Positions 9,869-18,018 of a DNA stretch of 64,000 nucleotides are shown here, piece by piece. Source of the stretch: a virus. Positions within the stretch are counted from its first letter, which is position 1. Every line of letters begins with the position of its first letter. The notes beneath the pieces are model-generated. The model saw only the letters and a list, made by a program, of their open reading frames with translations, did not search any database and was not told the DNA's origin. The DNA lies in IMG/VR virus record IMGVR_UViG_3300030060_002972, positions 19,748 through 83,747 of that record. One strand, given 5' to 3'. A program made the position numbers and the translations under genes.

Positions 9869-10741
9869 TTACTCCTCAATCAACTCGGCTTTACACCAAG
9901 TGATTTGTATTGCCTTGAAATTTCCCTGTGGCATATCAATGTCAAGGGATTGCAATACTTGTTCTAATGCCTCATCAGAGGCAAAGTCTTCTGGATAGAG
10001 GTCTAAGACCTGTTCATCAACATTCTGAGGTTTGGACTCAGTAGGTGTCAACGAGGGGGGAAGGACATTAGACAGTATCTCCACTGGACTAGATTGCTCA
10101 GTGGGTGTTACTTCTATTGTCTTGGTTGGTGTTGTACTACTAGATGTTGTGGTAGTGTTAGTAGTAGTAGAAGTCTTCTTTACTACTGCTTTCTTAGCAG
10201 GAACTGTAAACTTAGCGTACTCTGTTTCTAGTTTCTGCTTGGTATCTGGATGTAGGTTGCCATGTCTTCTCAGGAAGTCATTGCCCTGTCTGGCAAGGAA
10301 TCCCTCAGTGTAACTATCAACCATGTGGTCAAGGATGTCATCTTCTAGGTCATCATTGAGTAGGTCAGTCTTGGTATCAATATCCAAGAACTCATAGTTG
10401 TACCAACTCTGTGATTCTATCCACTTACCTTGTTTCTTGTACTTGGTAACCTTGTCCTTCTTGAAACCTGTCAGTTCTTCCATCTTATCTTGGTATGCTT
10501 TCCTTTTCTTCTCATCACCTGATGAGTTAGCATACTTCTTCTTATCCTTGAGTACCTCATGGCTCATGTTTAGAACGAGCAATGACATCTTCAACTCATA
10601 GAAGATAGTGGATACTTCTGACCTTAGCCTCTTGGCTAGACAAGAATCCCATTGTTTCTTCCACCCATCCAGTGCCTTCTGGCTAAACTTGTTAGATATA
10701 ACAAGAGTTGCAGGGTTTTTTGCTATTGCTTTCTTACTCAT
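9869..10741 (-). CDS. Early hypothetical protein with Thr/Ser-rich linker
   Basis: Start reassigned to MSKKAI, which follows an AAGGAGG RBS. Confidence 0.75.
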   Translation of the reverse strand: MSKKAIAKNPATLVISNKFSQKALDGWKKQWDSCLAKRLRSEVSTIFYELKMSLLVLNMSHEVLKDKKKYANSSGDEKKRKAYQDKMEELTGFKKDKVTKYKKQGKWIESQSWYNYEFLDIDTKTDLLNDDLEDDILDHMVDSYTEGFLARQGNDFLRRHGNLHPDTKQKLETEYAKFTVPAKKAVVKKTSTTTNTTTTSSSTTPTKTIEVTPTEQSSPVEILSNVLPPSLTPTESKPQNVDEQVLDLYPEDFASDEALEQVLQSLDIDMPQGNFKAIQITWCKAELIEE

Positions 10742-10760
10742 AATTTCCTCCTTGTCAGGG

Positions 10761-10797
10761 ATACACCCTAACCTCATTACATGAGGGTTAGGTGTAT
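10761..10797 (-). promoter_or_regulatory. Conserved TAC-loop hairpin 1, upstream of an RBS
   Basis: ATACACC-c-TAACCTCAT tac ATGAG-g-GTTAGGTGTAT. Confidence 0.65.
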
Positions 10798-10826
10798 AAA
10801 CTCTGACTGTTACGGACAAACCGTAA

Positions 10827-11357
10827 CTATTGCATGATTCTGTTTAGAATCTGCTCTGGTGTTTTTGGTTTACCAACTGGTTGTTTTCTAGCTGGTTTCT
10901 CCACTGTGTCAACGGAGTTGAGTCTGAGGTACTGTTCTCTGTAATTGTTAAGTACCATGACAAGACCTTCTACAAAGTCTATGACATTTGCCTCTGACTT
11001 GCCATACTTACTGGCAAATCTCCCAACATGTCGGTTGACAAACCTGTTAAGGTTTTTCTCCAACTCTGAGCTGACTGGTATATCCATTCCAGACTCAATT
11101 TGTTTGGCAAGATAATTCCATTTGCCTGGAGTTAGACAGTATCTAGTATCATCTTTGGAATACTGAAATACTCCTGATTTGTTAGAACAAGTAGCTAGGA
11201 TATCTAGTACTAACTCCTTGGGGGGTAGAAAACACTGAACAAACTTTCTATTGAAAGTTTTGTGGTTGCCATCTTCCCTCATCTTACTTGCCACAGTTAC
11301 TTTGTGGTCTTGTGTTGTACTCCATTTGTCTTGAAGTAATGTTGCTGATTTACTCAT
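10827..11357 (-). CDS. Early hypothetical protein
   Basis: AAGGAG RBS; 176 aa ORF. Confidence 0.75.
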   Translation of the reverse strand: MSKSATLLQDKWSTTQDHKVTVASKMREDGNHKTFNRKFVQCFLPPKELVLDILATCSNKSGVFQYSKDDTRYCLTPGKWNYLAKQIESGMDIPVSSELEKNLNRFVNRHVGRFASKYGKSEANVIDFVEGLVMVLNNYREQYLRLNSVDTVEKPARKQPVGKPKTPEQILNRIMQ

Positions 11358-11400
11358 AGTAAATTCTCCTTTGGCGAGTCGCCACCTTGTTTTTGGGTTA

Positions 11401-11434
11401 TAACCCTGTACTCACTACGTGAGGTACAGGGTTA
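11401..11434 (-). promoter_or_regulatory. Conserved TAC-loop hairpin 2
   Basis: TAACCCTGTAC-TCAC tac GTGA-g-GTACAGGGTTA. Confidence 0.7.
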
Positions 11435-11446
11435 AATTTGGGATTG

Positions 11447-11662
11447 TTAGCCTTGTACCATTGGGATTATTTCCTTTAGATAAGTGTCATAACCCATGAT
11501 ATCTTGATAGTGTACTTCATAGTCTTCAATGTCTTCCTTGAAGTTACGATAGTATATATCTTGATGTATCCAGAAGGTATCTGTACCTTCCTCTGGAATT
11601 TGTATGTTGTTTACTTCACACCAAACTCTAAAGTAATCTTGTTTTTCATAATGCTCTTGCAT
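11447..11662 (-). CDS. Small acidic early protein
   Basis: AAGGAG RBS. Confidence 0.7.
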   Translation of the reverse strand: MQEHYEKQDYFRVWCEVNNIQIPEEGTDTFWIHQDIYYRNFKEDIEDYEVHYQDIMGYDTYLKEIIPMVQG

Positions 11663-11689
11663 AATTCACTCTCCTTGAGGACTCGTTTA

Positions 11690-11773
11690 TAACTTGTACC
11701 TCACTACGTGAGGGTACAAGTTAAAAGGGGGACAGGTTTTTCCATTTCCAAGTATTTACTACGTAAATACTTG
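11690..11773 (-). promoter_or_regulatory. Conserved TAC-loop hairpins 3 (11690-11723) and 4 (11749-11773)
   Basis: TAACTTGTACC-TCAC tac GTGA-g-GGTACAAGTTA and CAAGTATTTAC tac GTAAATACTTG. Confidence 0.7.
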
Positions 11774-12113
11774 TTTGTACCCTCTCTCCACCACTAGAAA
11801 AAACATCCCCCCCATGTGCCCACCCACACCCCGTGTATATATATATATTGCTAGGTTTTTTCCCTGTTATGTGTGTTTGTATACCCATGTTTACTAGTTA
11901 TATACCCACAATCACTAGTTTTATCCCCACTATTACCCAGTTTTTACCCACAATCTAGTATAATATATAATGTAATAATATCAGTTAGTTACGTCACGGC
12001 ACTTGACATGCCCACTGTGTACAGTGTATATACATGTATATAGTACAAGTGTATACATAATATATACTTTGCAGTATATATTATAGTATAATCTACGTAG
12101 TATATACTAGTAC

Positions 12114-12142
12114 TTGACATTGCAAGTCCTGAGCTATATACA
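12114..12142 (+). promoter_or_regulatory. Sigma70-like promoter TTGACA-N17-TATACA
   Basis: Near-consensus boxes 12 nt before ATG 12155; a second TTGACA at 12003. Confidence 0.6.
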
Positions 12143-12154
12143 TATAAAGGGCAC

Positions 12155-12394
12155 ATGACTGACCACAACTATAACAAACTACGTATGTATACATATAAAT
12201 GTGCTAGTACTTATGATTTTAAATTACAAGATGCAGAAGATATACTCCATGATGCCCTGTTAGATTTTATAGAATCAGGGGTTGACATTACAAAGCTAAT
12301 ATGGAAGTATATAGGAAAGCACAGAGAACGTAGACATAGAGAAGGCAAACGTCAGATTAGCATGTCACACTTTGAAAACAAGGGGGAAGTATGA
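12155..12394 (+). CDS. Small protein resembling an isolated sigma70 region 2
   Basis: DAEDILHDALL resembles ECF sigma region 2.2 (DAEDxxQExFL). Confidence 0.4.
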   Translation: MTDHNYNKLRMYTYKCASTYDFKLQDAEDILHDALLDFIESGVDITKLIWKYIGKHRERRHREGKRQISMSHFENKGEV

Positions 12395-12876
12395 ATAAAA
12401 CATTACAGACACTATTCCCAGATATTCCTGTATATGAAAACAAAATAACTAAATTTTTAGAAGTATGTTACAACCTAGCCTGGTCATACAGAGCAGCTGG
12501 TAAAGAACTAAGCATAAACCACAAGACAGTAAAAAACATATTAGACAGTGTAAAAAACACGCCACAATATCATACATTTATGGGCAAACTAGAAGTACAG
12601 ATTAAAAATTTTGCTGACCCAAAATTTTCTCACACAGTATTTGACAGATATGAACAGCAACTAGCTGATATAGAAACAAGATTAAAACGTGCTGATAGAC
12701 AGAATGATAAGGCACAATCCCTGCAATTATTAAAATTAAAACAAGTCATACTTAAAGACCAGCTTAGAGCTAGTATGGTAGCAAGTAAAGATAAAGAAGA
12801 AATAGCTACTGTGCATGATGCAATATCTAGTCTGTCAGAAACAGCTTGGGAGGAAATGAATGAAAAAGTCCAATGA
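12391..12876 (+). CDS. HTH protein, putative terminase small subunit
   Basis: HTH WSYRAAGKELSINHKTVKN followed by coiled coil; upstream of TerL; homolog 53692-54177. Confidence 0.55.
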   Translation: MNKTLQTLFPDIPVYENKITKFLEVCYNLAWSYRAAGKELSINHKTVKNILDSVKNTPQYHTFMGKLEVQIKNFADPKFSHTVFDRYEQQLADIETRLKRADRQNDKAQSLQLLKLKQVILKDQLRASMVASKDKEEIATVHDAISSLSETAWEEMNEKVQ

Positions 12877-13081
12877 TGCACTTCCTGGCAGTGATAATGT
12901 GTTAAACCAAATAAACGGTCCTGCTAATAGATACTTACCTGCATGGATAGCCCGTGAAGGTACGGACATACCAAAATTAAATAAAGGAGAATTACAACGT
13001 GCTAGAAAAAATAATAATGGGACTCGCAACAAAAAAACTAAAAGGCAAGAACCGAGGAACAGGGTCAAGACCTCTGACTGA
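12860..13081 (+). CDS. Hypothetical protein
   Basis: RYLPxW motif shared with the ORF at 54140-54331. Confidence 0.55.
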   Translation: MKKSNDALPGSDNVLNQINGPANRYLPAWIAREGTDIPKLNKGELQRARKNNNGTRNKKTKRQEPRNRVKTSD

Positions 13082-13156
13082 AATATATATGGAAGAAAGA
13101 GAAAAGATTGCTAAAAACATAGGTAAAAAATTAAAATCTAGGTTTATGAAGAAAAA

Positions 13157-13429
13157 ATGAGAAAGGTACACAAAAGTAAAACAGGTGGACTTACTGCTGC
13201 AGGTAGAGCCCACTTTAAAAGAACAGAAGGAGCTAACTTAAAAGCTCCTGTTAGCAAAGGCACAAATCCAAGACGTGTTAGCTTTGCTGCAAGATTTGCT
13301 GGTATGAAAGGTCCTATGAAAGATAGCAAGGGTCGTCCAACCAGAAAAGCACTAGCCCTAAAAAAATGGGGCTTTGGCAGTGTTGAGGCTGCACGTAAGT
13401 TTGCAGCTACACATAAAAAGAAAAAATAG
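13157..13429 (+). CDS. Small basic phage protein (GGLxAAGR family)
   Basis: GGLTAAGR...NLKAP...SFAAR...ALKKWG; homolog 54267-54536. Confidence 0.8.
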   Translation: MRKVHKSKTGGLTAAGRAHFKRTEGANLKAPVSKGTNPRRVSFAARFAGMKGPMKDSKGRPTRKALALKKWGFGSVEAARKFAATHKKKK

Positions 13430-13439
13430 GAGATTTATT

Positions 13440-13604
13440 ATGCCAATGGGTAAAGGAACATACGGAAGTAAAAGAGGAAGACCAAAGAAAAAGAAGACTG
13501 GTACTTTAAAAGGTAGACAAAATAACTTACCAGCAGCACTAAAAAAAGCTATAGGTGCAAAAGGTCCTCGTGGTAAAAATATGAAAAAGAGTTACGGGAG
13601 ATAA
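13440..13604 (+). CDS. Small basic protein MPMGKGTYGSKRGRPKK
   Basis: AGGAG RBS; same N-terminus at 54549. Confidence 0.75.
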   Translation: MPMGKGTYGSKRGRPKKKKTGTLKGRQNNLPAALKKAIGAKGPRGKNMKKSYGR

Positions 13605-13611
13605 GAATATA

Positions 13612-13827
13612 ATGGCTATAGTAGGAATGGTAGGCAGACAATTAATAAAACTAGGTCTTTCTAAAGAAGCCCGTAAAAAAGTTAAAAAGGGTATACAGCA
13701 AGGTCATCTTAAAGTTTCTGGTAAAGAAATAAAAATGACTCCTAAAGGTAGTTATAAACAACAACAGACTAATAACCGAGAACTAAAAAAACTTAATCAG
13801 AAAGATAAAAAACGAGGTAAAAAATAA
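13612..13827 (+). CDS. Small Lys-rich protein
   Basis: Operon position; very basic. Confidence 0.6.
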   Translation: MAIVGMVGRQLIKLGLSKEARKKVKKGIQQGHLKVSGKEIKMTPKGSYKQQQTNNRELKKLNQKDKKRGKK

Positions 13828-14210
13828 TGGCAAAATTAAAGTCTAAAGTTGTAGAAAGAGCTAAAAAATATGAAACTAAGAAAAAATTACAGAAAAAACG
13901 TACTCTCATGGGTAAGGGCAAAGGCAGAGGTATTAAAGCAGATAAACCTTTAAAAAAACTAGATAAGTCTTTGCGTAGAATACGTAAAAACCCAGGTGGT
14001 TTTGCAGCATCTGTTGTTGACGCTGGTTCAGTAGTAGCACCTGCAAGTATTGCTAGGAAAGGAATTAAAATTGTAGGTAAGACTGATGTGGGTAAAAGAT
14101 TACTAAAAGACATAGAAAGATTAATGAAAAAAAATCCAAGAAAAACTGCTGAGGTAATAATGAAAAGAAATAAATTAGCAAATGTTCCTAGTAGTAAAAA
14201 AAGAAAATAA
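13827..14210 (+). CDS. Lys-rich protein
   Basis: TAATG coupling; GAGG RBS. Confidence 0.65.
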   Translation: MAKLKSKVVERAKKYETKKKLQKKRTLMGKGKGRGIKADKPLKKLDKSLRRIRKNPGGFAASVVDAGSVVAPASIARKGIKIVGKTDVGKRLLKDIERLMKKNPRKTAEVIMKRNKLANVPSSKKRK

Positions 14211-14259
14211 AACGGGTTGTGGCACAGGCAATGAGAATTGCAGCCAGTACAACCTGTTT
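14210..14259 (+). ncRNA. Putative structured RNA with GAGA tetraloop upstream of TerL (copy A)
   Basis: Nested stems with a G-U pair; covaries with the copy at 55227-55279. Confidence 0.6.
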
Positions 14260-14267
14260 GGAATAGT

Positions 14268-15782
14268 ATGATAAGAGACTGGTGGTACAAAGATGAAAAG
14301 ATGTTAGCGTTGTGGCGTAAAATCCACAGCATGACATCTGAGGAATTTGCTAATCTTGATAAAAAAGTTAAAGCAGAGTTACAATACTGGTACGGGAATC
14401 TTTTCTTTTTTAAACCGTATCCTGCTCAGAAGCCTATCGTGGACGATAATCACTTTAGTGTGTACGTACATGGTAATAATAGTTCTGGGAAGTCTTATTG
14501 TTGTGCTGCTAAAACGGCTTACAATGTTATAGGTTGGCATCCTAACTATACTATAGATAAACCTAAGTATGGTAATAGAATTATCTGGGCATTTAGTCCT
14601 TCATTTGATATTCAAAGAACTTCAAGTCAGGTACATTTGTTCTCAACTGATACGCCCAATGATATAGGACTACTGCCCTCTATAGAAAGTATAGAAAAAC
14701 GTGGTGGTAAAGTAGCCTGGGGTAAAAACAGATGTATTGACTTTGTTAGATTCTGGGACGGTACAGTCTTAGAATTTAAATCTGCTGAGATGAAAACACA
14801 AAACCTACAAGCGTCTGGTATTGACTATTGTTGGTTTGATGAGTGTCCATCACACACTATGCATGATGAGATTCTTGCTAGGTTGTTAAGAAAATCTGGT
14901 AAGATGGTTATGAGTTTTATTGTAGAAGATACTACTAGTAATTACATAGTACAAGATATCTATGGTAGAAACGAAGAAGATGAAGATACTTCGTTTCACT
15001 TTATAGATGTATATGACAATCTATCTTTAGAAAAAGAAGAGATAGAAAGATATAAGAAAAGATTTACAGAATCAGCTATGCACTGGAGATTCAGTGAAGG
15101 TGGTAAGTTTCAGTTACAACCAAGGGGTGCACTAGTTTATTCTGATTTTTGTGAAACTCATATGGTAGATGATTTAGCAGAACAATACGACCCACTAAGA
15201 ACTTTGTGGAGAAGTTGGGACATGGGGTTTGTTAGACCTGCATGTGTAGGTTTTCAAATTGACAAACACGGTAGAAAGAATGTATTATTCAGCATGATGG
15301 GGCACAATATACAGCTTACAGATTTTATAGACGAAGTGGAGAGTTATTGCAATGAAATATTACCTAAAGTTGTTGAAAAAATGGATATACTCCCACATGA
15401 TGCTAATAGAAAATATGATGTATCTCCTCACAGTGCTCTTGATATATTTGATGGTAAAAAGTTAAAAGCAGATACTATATATGTAAAAAGAGACATGTCA
15501 CATGCACAAGTTAATGAGGAGCTTAAAAAATTTACAAAGGGAGAACCAATGCTTAGGTTAGATTCTAAACACTGTGTATTACTAGCACAATGCTTAGCTG
15601 GTTATACTAGACATGAGCAAACAGGTCAACCTAGGAAAGATAATTATTATGAGCACATATCTGATGCATTTAAGTTAGGGTGTTTCTATGTGTCAAGAAA
15701 ATTAACAGAAACAAATACCGAGCTAAAAGAACCACAGTATTTTGGTCTAGAGTTTGGTGGAGGAAGTAATAGGATATTATGA
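14268..15782 (+). CDS. terL: Terminase large subunit
   Basis: Walker A GNNSSGKS, Walker B WFDE, nuclease WDMG and HISDA. Start set to MIRDW by comparison with copy B. Confidence 0.9.
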   Translation: MIRDWWYKDEKMLALWRKIHSMTSEEFANLDKKVKAELQYWYGNLFFFKPYPAQKPIVDDNHFSVYVHGNNSSGKSYCCAAKTAYNVIGWHPNYTIDKPKYGNRIIWAFSPSFDIQRTSSQVHLFSTDTPNDIGLLPSIESIEKRGGKVAWGKNRCIDFVRFWDGTVLEFKSAEMKTQNLQASGIDYCWFDECPSHTMHDEILARLLRKSGKMVMSFIVEDTTSNYIVQDIYGRNEEDEDTSFHFIDVYDNLSLEKEEIERYKKRFTESAMHWRFSEGGKFQLQPRGALVYSDFCETHMVDDLAEQYDPLRTLWRSWDMGFVRPACVGFQIDKHGRKNVLFSMMGHNIQLTDFIDEVESYCNEILPKVVEKMDILPHDANRKYDVSPHSALDIFDGKKLKADTIYVKRDMSHAQVNEELKKFTKGEPMLRLDSKHCVLLAQCLAGYTRHEQTGQPRKDNYYEHISDAFKLGCFYVSRKLTETNTELKEPQYFGLEFGGGSNRIL

Positions 15783-17491
15783 GAGAATCAGATATATTAA
15801 GATATTTTAATTATATACAGAAAGAAGCTGAAGATGGCTTTACACCTGTAAGAAAAGACTGGCAAGAAAACATGAAGTTTTACATGGATGAATACCAGTT
15901 TGAAAACAAGTTATCTTGGCAAACTAAAATAAAAGACCCTATAGTAGATAACTTAATAGTTAGAATGACTAACTTTTTTGTAAGAATACTAATGTCTGCT
16001 GATAATAAATACTTTACAGTAGAACATCCTAATCCATCTATCAAAACTGGATTATCAAAACTTGTAGAAGCTGTATTAAAAACTAATAAGTTTCCTATGA
16101 TTTTTGGTGATTCATTAAAGATGGCTTTACTTACAAGCCCTTATATAACAAAAGTAAACTATAATTATAAATCTGAAAGTTACCCTACATATGACCAGGG
16201 AACTGGTGAGTATGGTACAGAGAATAGTATTGTAGGTAAAACAGAAATACACTCTGTAGACCCTATGCAAATACGTTTAGACCCAGTGGGTAATCAGTAT
16301 ATTATAGAGAAAAAAGAATGTGATGTAGGTGATTTCATAAACATGGCAGAAGTCAACGGTTGGAAAAACGGTGATAAAGTTATGAGAAGTCTCTACAAAG
16401 TCTCAGATTCTGAGGATACAAGCTATAGACCTACAGTCAGTTTAGACTATGTTTTTAGTAAGTGTTTAACAGATGAGCGAGGTAAAATCTTAGACGAGCA
16501 TGTTCACTTTATTATTGCTAATAAACAGCATGTCGTTTATTACGGTAAGAATATCTTACCAAAAGGTCAGTTTCCTTACATTGTAGGATTTCCTATGAAG
16601 GTACTAAAAGGAAGATATGGTAGAGGGTACATAACAAAGCTAAGGTCTTTGTTAAGTTCCTATGTTGAATCAATGAACCTGCTACTGGATGCTTTTACAT
16701 TAAATACGCTAGGTGTATACGAAGTAGTAACTAGTAATATTGAAACAGGGAAAGCACATTTATTCGGGTCAGTAGTACCAGGTAGACTTTACCCAGTCTC
16801 CTCTACTGGAACTATAAACCAAGTTTATAATAACTCGGTTAATCCTAATGCCACAAACCTTTTATTTGTACTTGATAGACTTATACAAAATAGGTCGTTC
16901 CAAAACGAGTTCTTTCAGGGACAACCAACAAGTAAAGGCAGACCAACAGCTTCTGAAATAAGTCAAAAATCCCAAGAAACATCTGGGTTTTTTGCAGATA
17001 TAGCTAATGAGATTGAGAGGTCAATCATAGAACCTACTCTAGAATTAATTCTACATACAGAATTAATCTACATGAATGATGAATCTCATTTTGATTACAG
17101 CAAGTCCCTTGAAGATTCAGAAGCACTCAATGCGTTAAAGACACTTAGCTTCAATGAGCGTATCAACGCAATTAAAGACGCTACTTTAACAGTCAAGGGC
17201 ATCTCTGGCAAAGTTCTGAAGATGACTAATTTTCAGAAGTTGATGCAGATTATCAACGTAATTGGTAACATGCCTCAAGTTGCACAGGCAGTTGACCCTG
17301 CTAAGTTTGTTTCAAGGATATTTGAATCATTTGATGAGAACCCTGAAGACATTCTTAACATGGATAACTTGACTCAAGGTGGACCAGGTGCAACGCCAAC
17401 GGGTGCAGAGGGAGCTTCACCTACTCAACCTCAATCACCAGAACAACTCATGGAGGTTTTAAACAATGTCAGAAGAAACGAAACAGGATAA
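15779..17491 (+). CDS. Portal protein
   Basis: 570 aa directly after TerL; YGRG and TASEI motifs typical of podoviral portals. Confidence 0.8.
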   Translation: MRESDILRYFNYIQKEAEDGFTPVRKDWQENMKFYMDEYQFENKLSWQTKIKDPIVDNLIVRMTNFFVRILMSADNKYFTVEHPNPSIKTGLSKLVEAVLKTNKFPMIFGDSLKMALLTSPYITKVNYNYKSESYPTYDQGTGEYGTENSIVGKTEIHSVDPMQIRLDPVGNQYIIEKKECDVGDFINMAEVNGWKNGDKVMRSLYKVSDSEDTSYRPTVSLDYVFSKCLTDERGKILDEHVHFIIANKQHVVYYGKNILPKGQFPYIVGFPMKVLKGRYGRGYITKLRSLLSSYVESMNLLLDAFTLNTLGVYEVVTSNIETGKAHLFGSVVPGRLYPVSSTGTINQVYNNSVNPNATNLLFVLDRLIQNRSFQNEFFQGQPTSKGRPTASEISQKSQETSGFFADIANEIERSIIEPTLELILHTELIYMNDESHFDYSKSLEDSEALNALKTLSFNERINAIKDATLTVKGISGKVLKMTNFQKLMQIINVIGNMPQVAQAVDPAKFVSRIFESFDENPEDILNMDNLTQGGPGATPTGAEGASPTQPQSPEQLMEVLNNVRRNETG

Positions 17492-17999
17492 TCCTGTCGA
17501 AGAACAAGCAGCTACTGAGGTGGATGATAGAATCCAAATCAAAGCAAAAGATGCAGCTGAACAGTTATTACCAGGTGGTAAATCTGTTAATGAAATGTCA
17601 AATGAAGAGATGGCTCAGTACACTGCTAACATGGCTAAGGCAGATAGACTATATGCAAAACATACAGATGGTCTAGCTGATTTAGACAAAGAAGTATTTG
17701 ATGCTTTACTTCTTGCTAGTGACCCATCTAATTCTGTAGAGGAACGATTCAAGTCTACTGTAAGTAAGTTTGAATCTATCAAGAAGGGTAAAGATGAGGA
17801 CAAGAAGGACGAAGAAGCAGTTAAAGAAGTTCCCCCAAAAGGGAATATGGAGACAACCAGCAGAGCTACTGGTAATCCAATAAACAAATTAGAGCCTGAG
17901 AATGATGCTCCTCTAGGGGATGACCAAGATTACTTTGATTTCATGCTCAAGAGATATCGTCAACAGGCTACTGTTAAAAGAAAAGAAACAATAAATTAA
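17466..17999 (+). CDS. Putative scaffolding protein
   Basis: Acidic helical protein between portal and capsid. Confidence 0.6.
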   Translation: MSEETKQDNPVEEQAATEVDDRIQIKAKDAAEQLLPGGKSVNEMSNEEMAQYTANMAKADRLYAKHTDGLADLDKEVFDALLLASDPSNSVEERFKSTVSKFESIKKGKDEDKKDEEAVKEVPPKGNMETTSRATGNPINKLEPENDAPLGDDQDYFDFMLKRYRQQATVKRKETIN

Positions 18000-18018
18000 T
18001 AACTAGGAGGAATAAGTT

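Noticed and set aside
11401-11773. N4-type virion RNAP hairpin promoters
   Set aside because: No RNAP motif recognised in the 2150-aa protein; the GNA loop is on the non-template strand for the adjacent genes; a related copy at 10761 has a T-A closing pair.
14210-14259. Group II intron domain V or c-di-GMP-I riboswitch
   Set aside because: Lacks the AGC/CGC triad geometry and the second GEMM hairpin; terL is uninterrupted.
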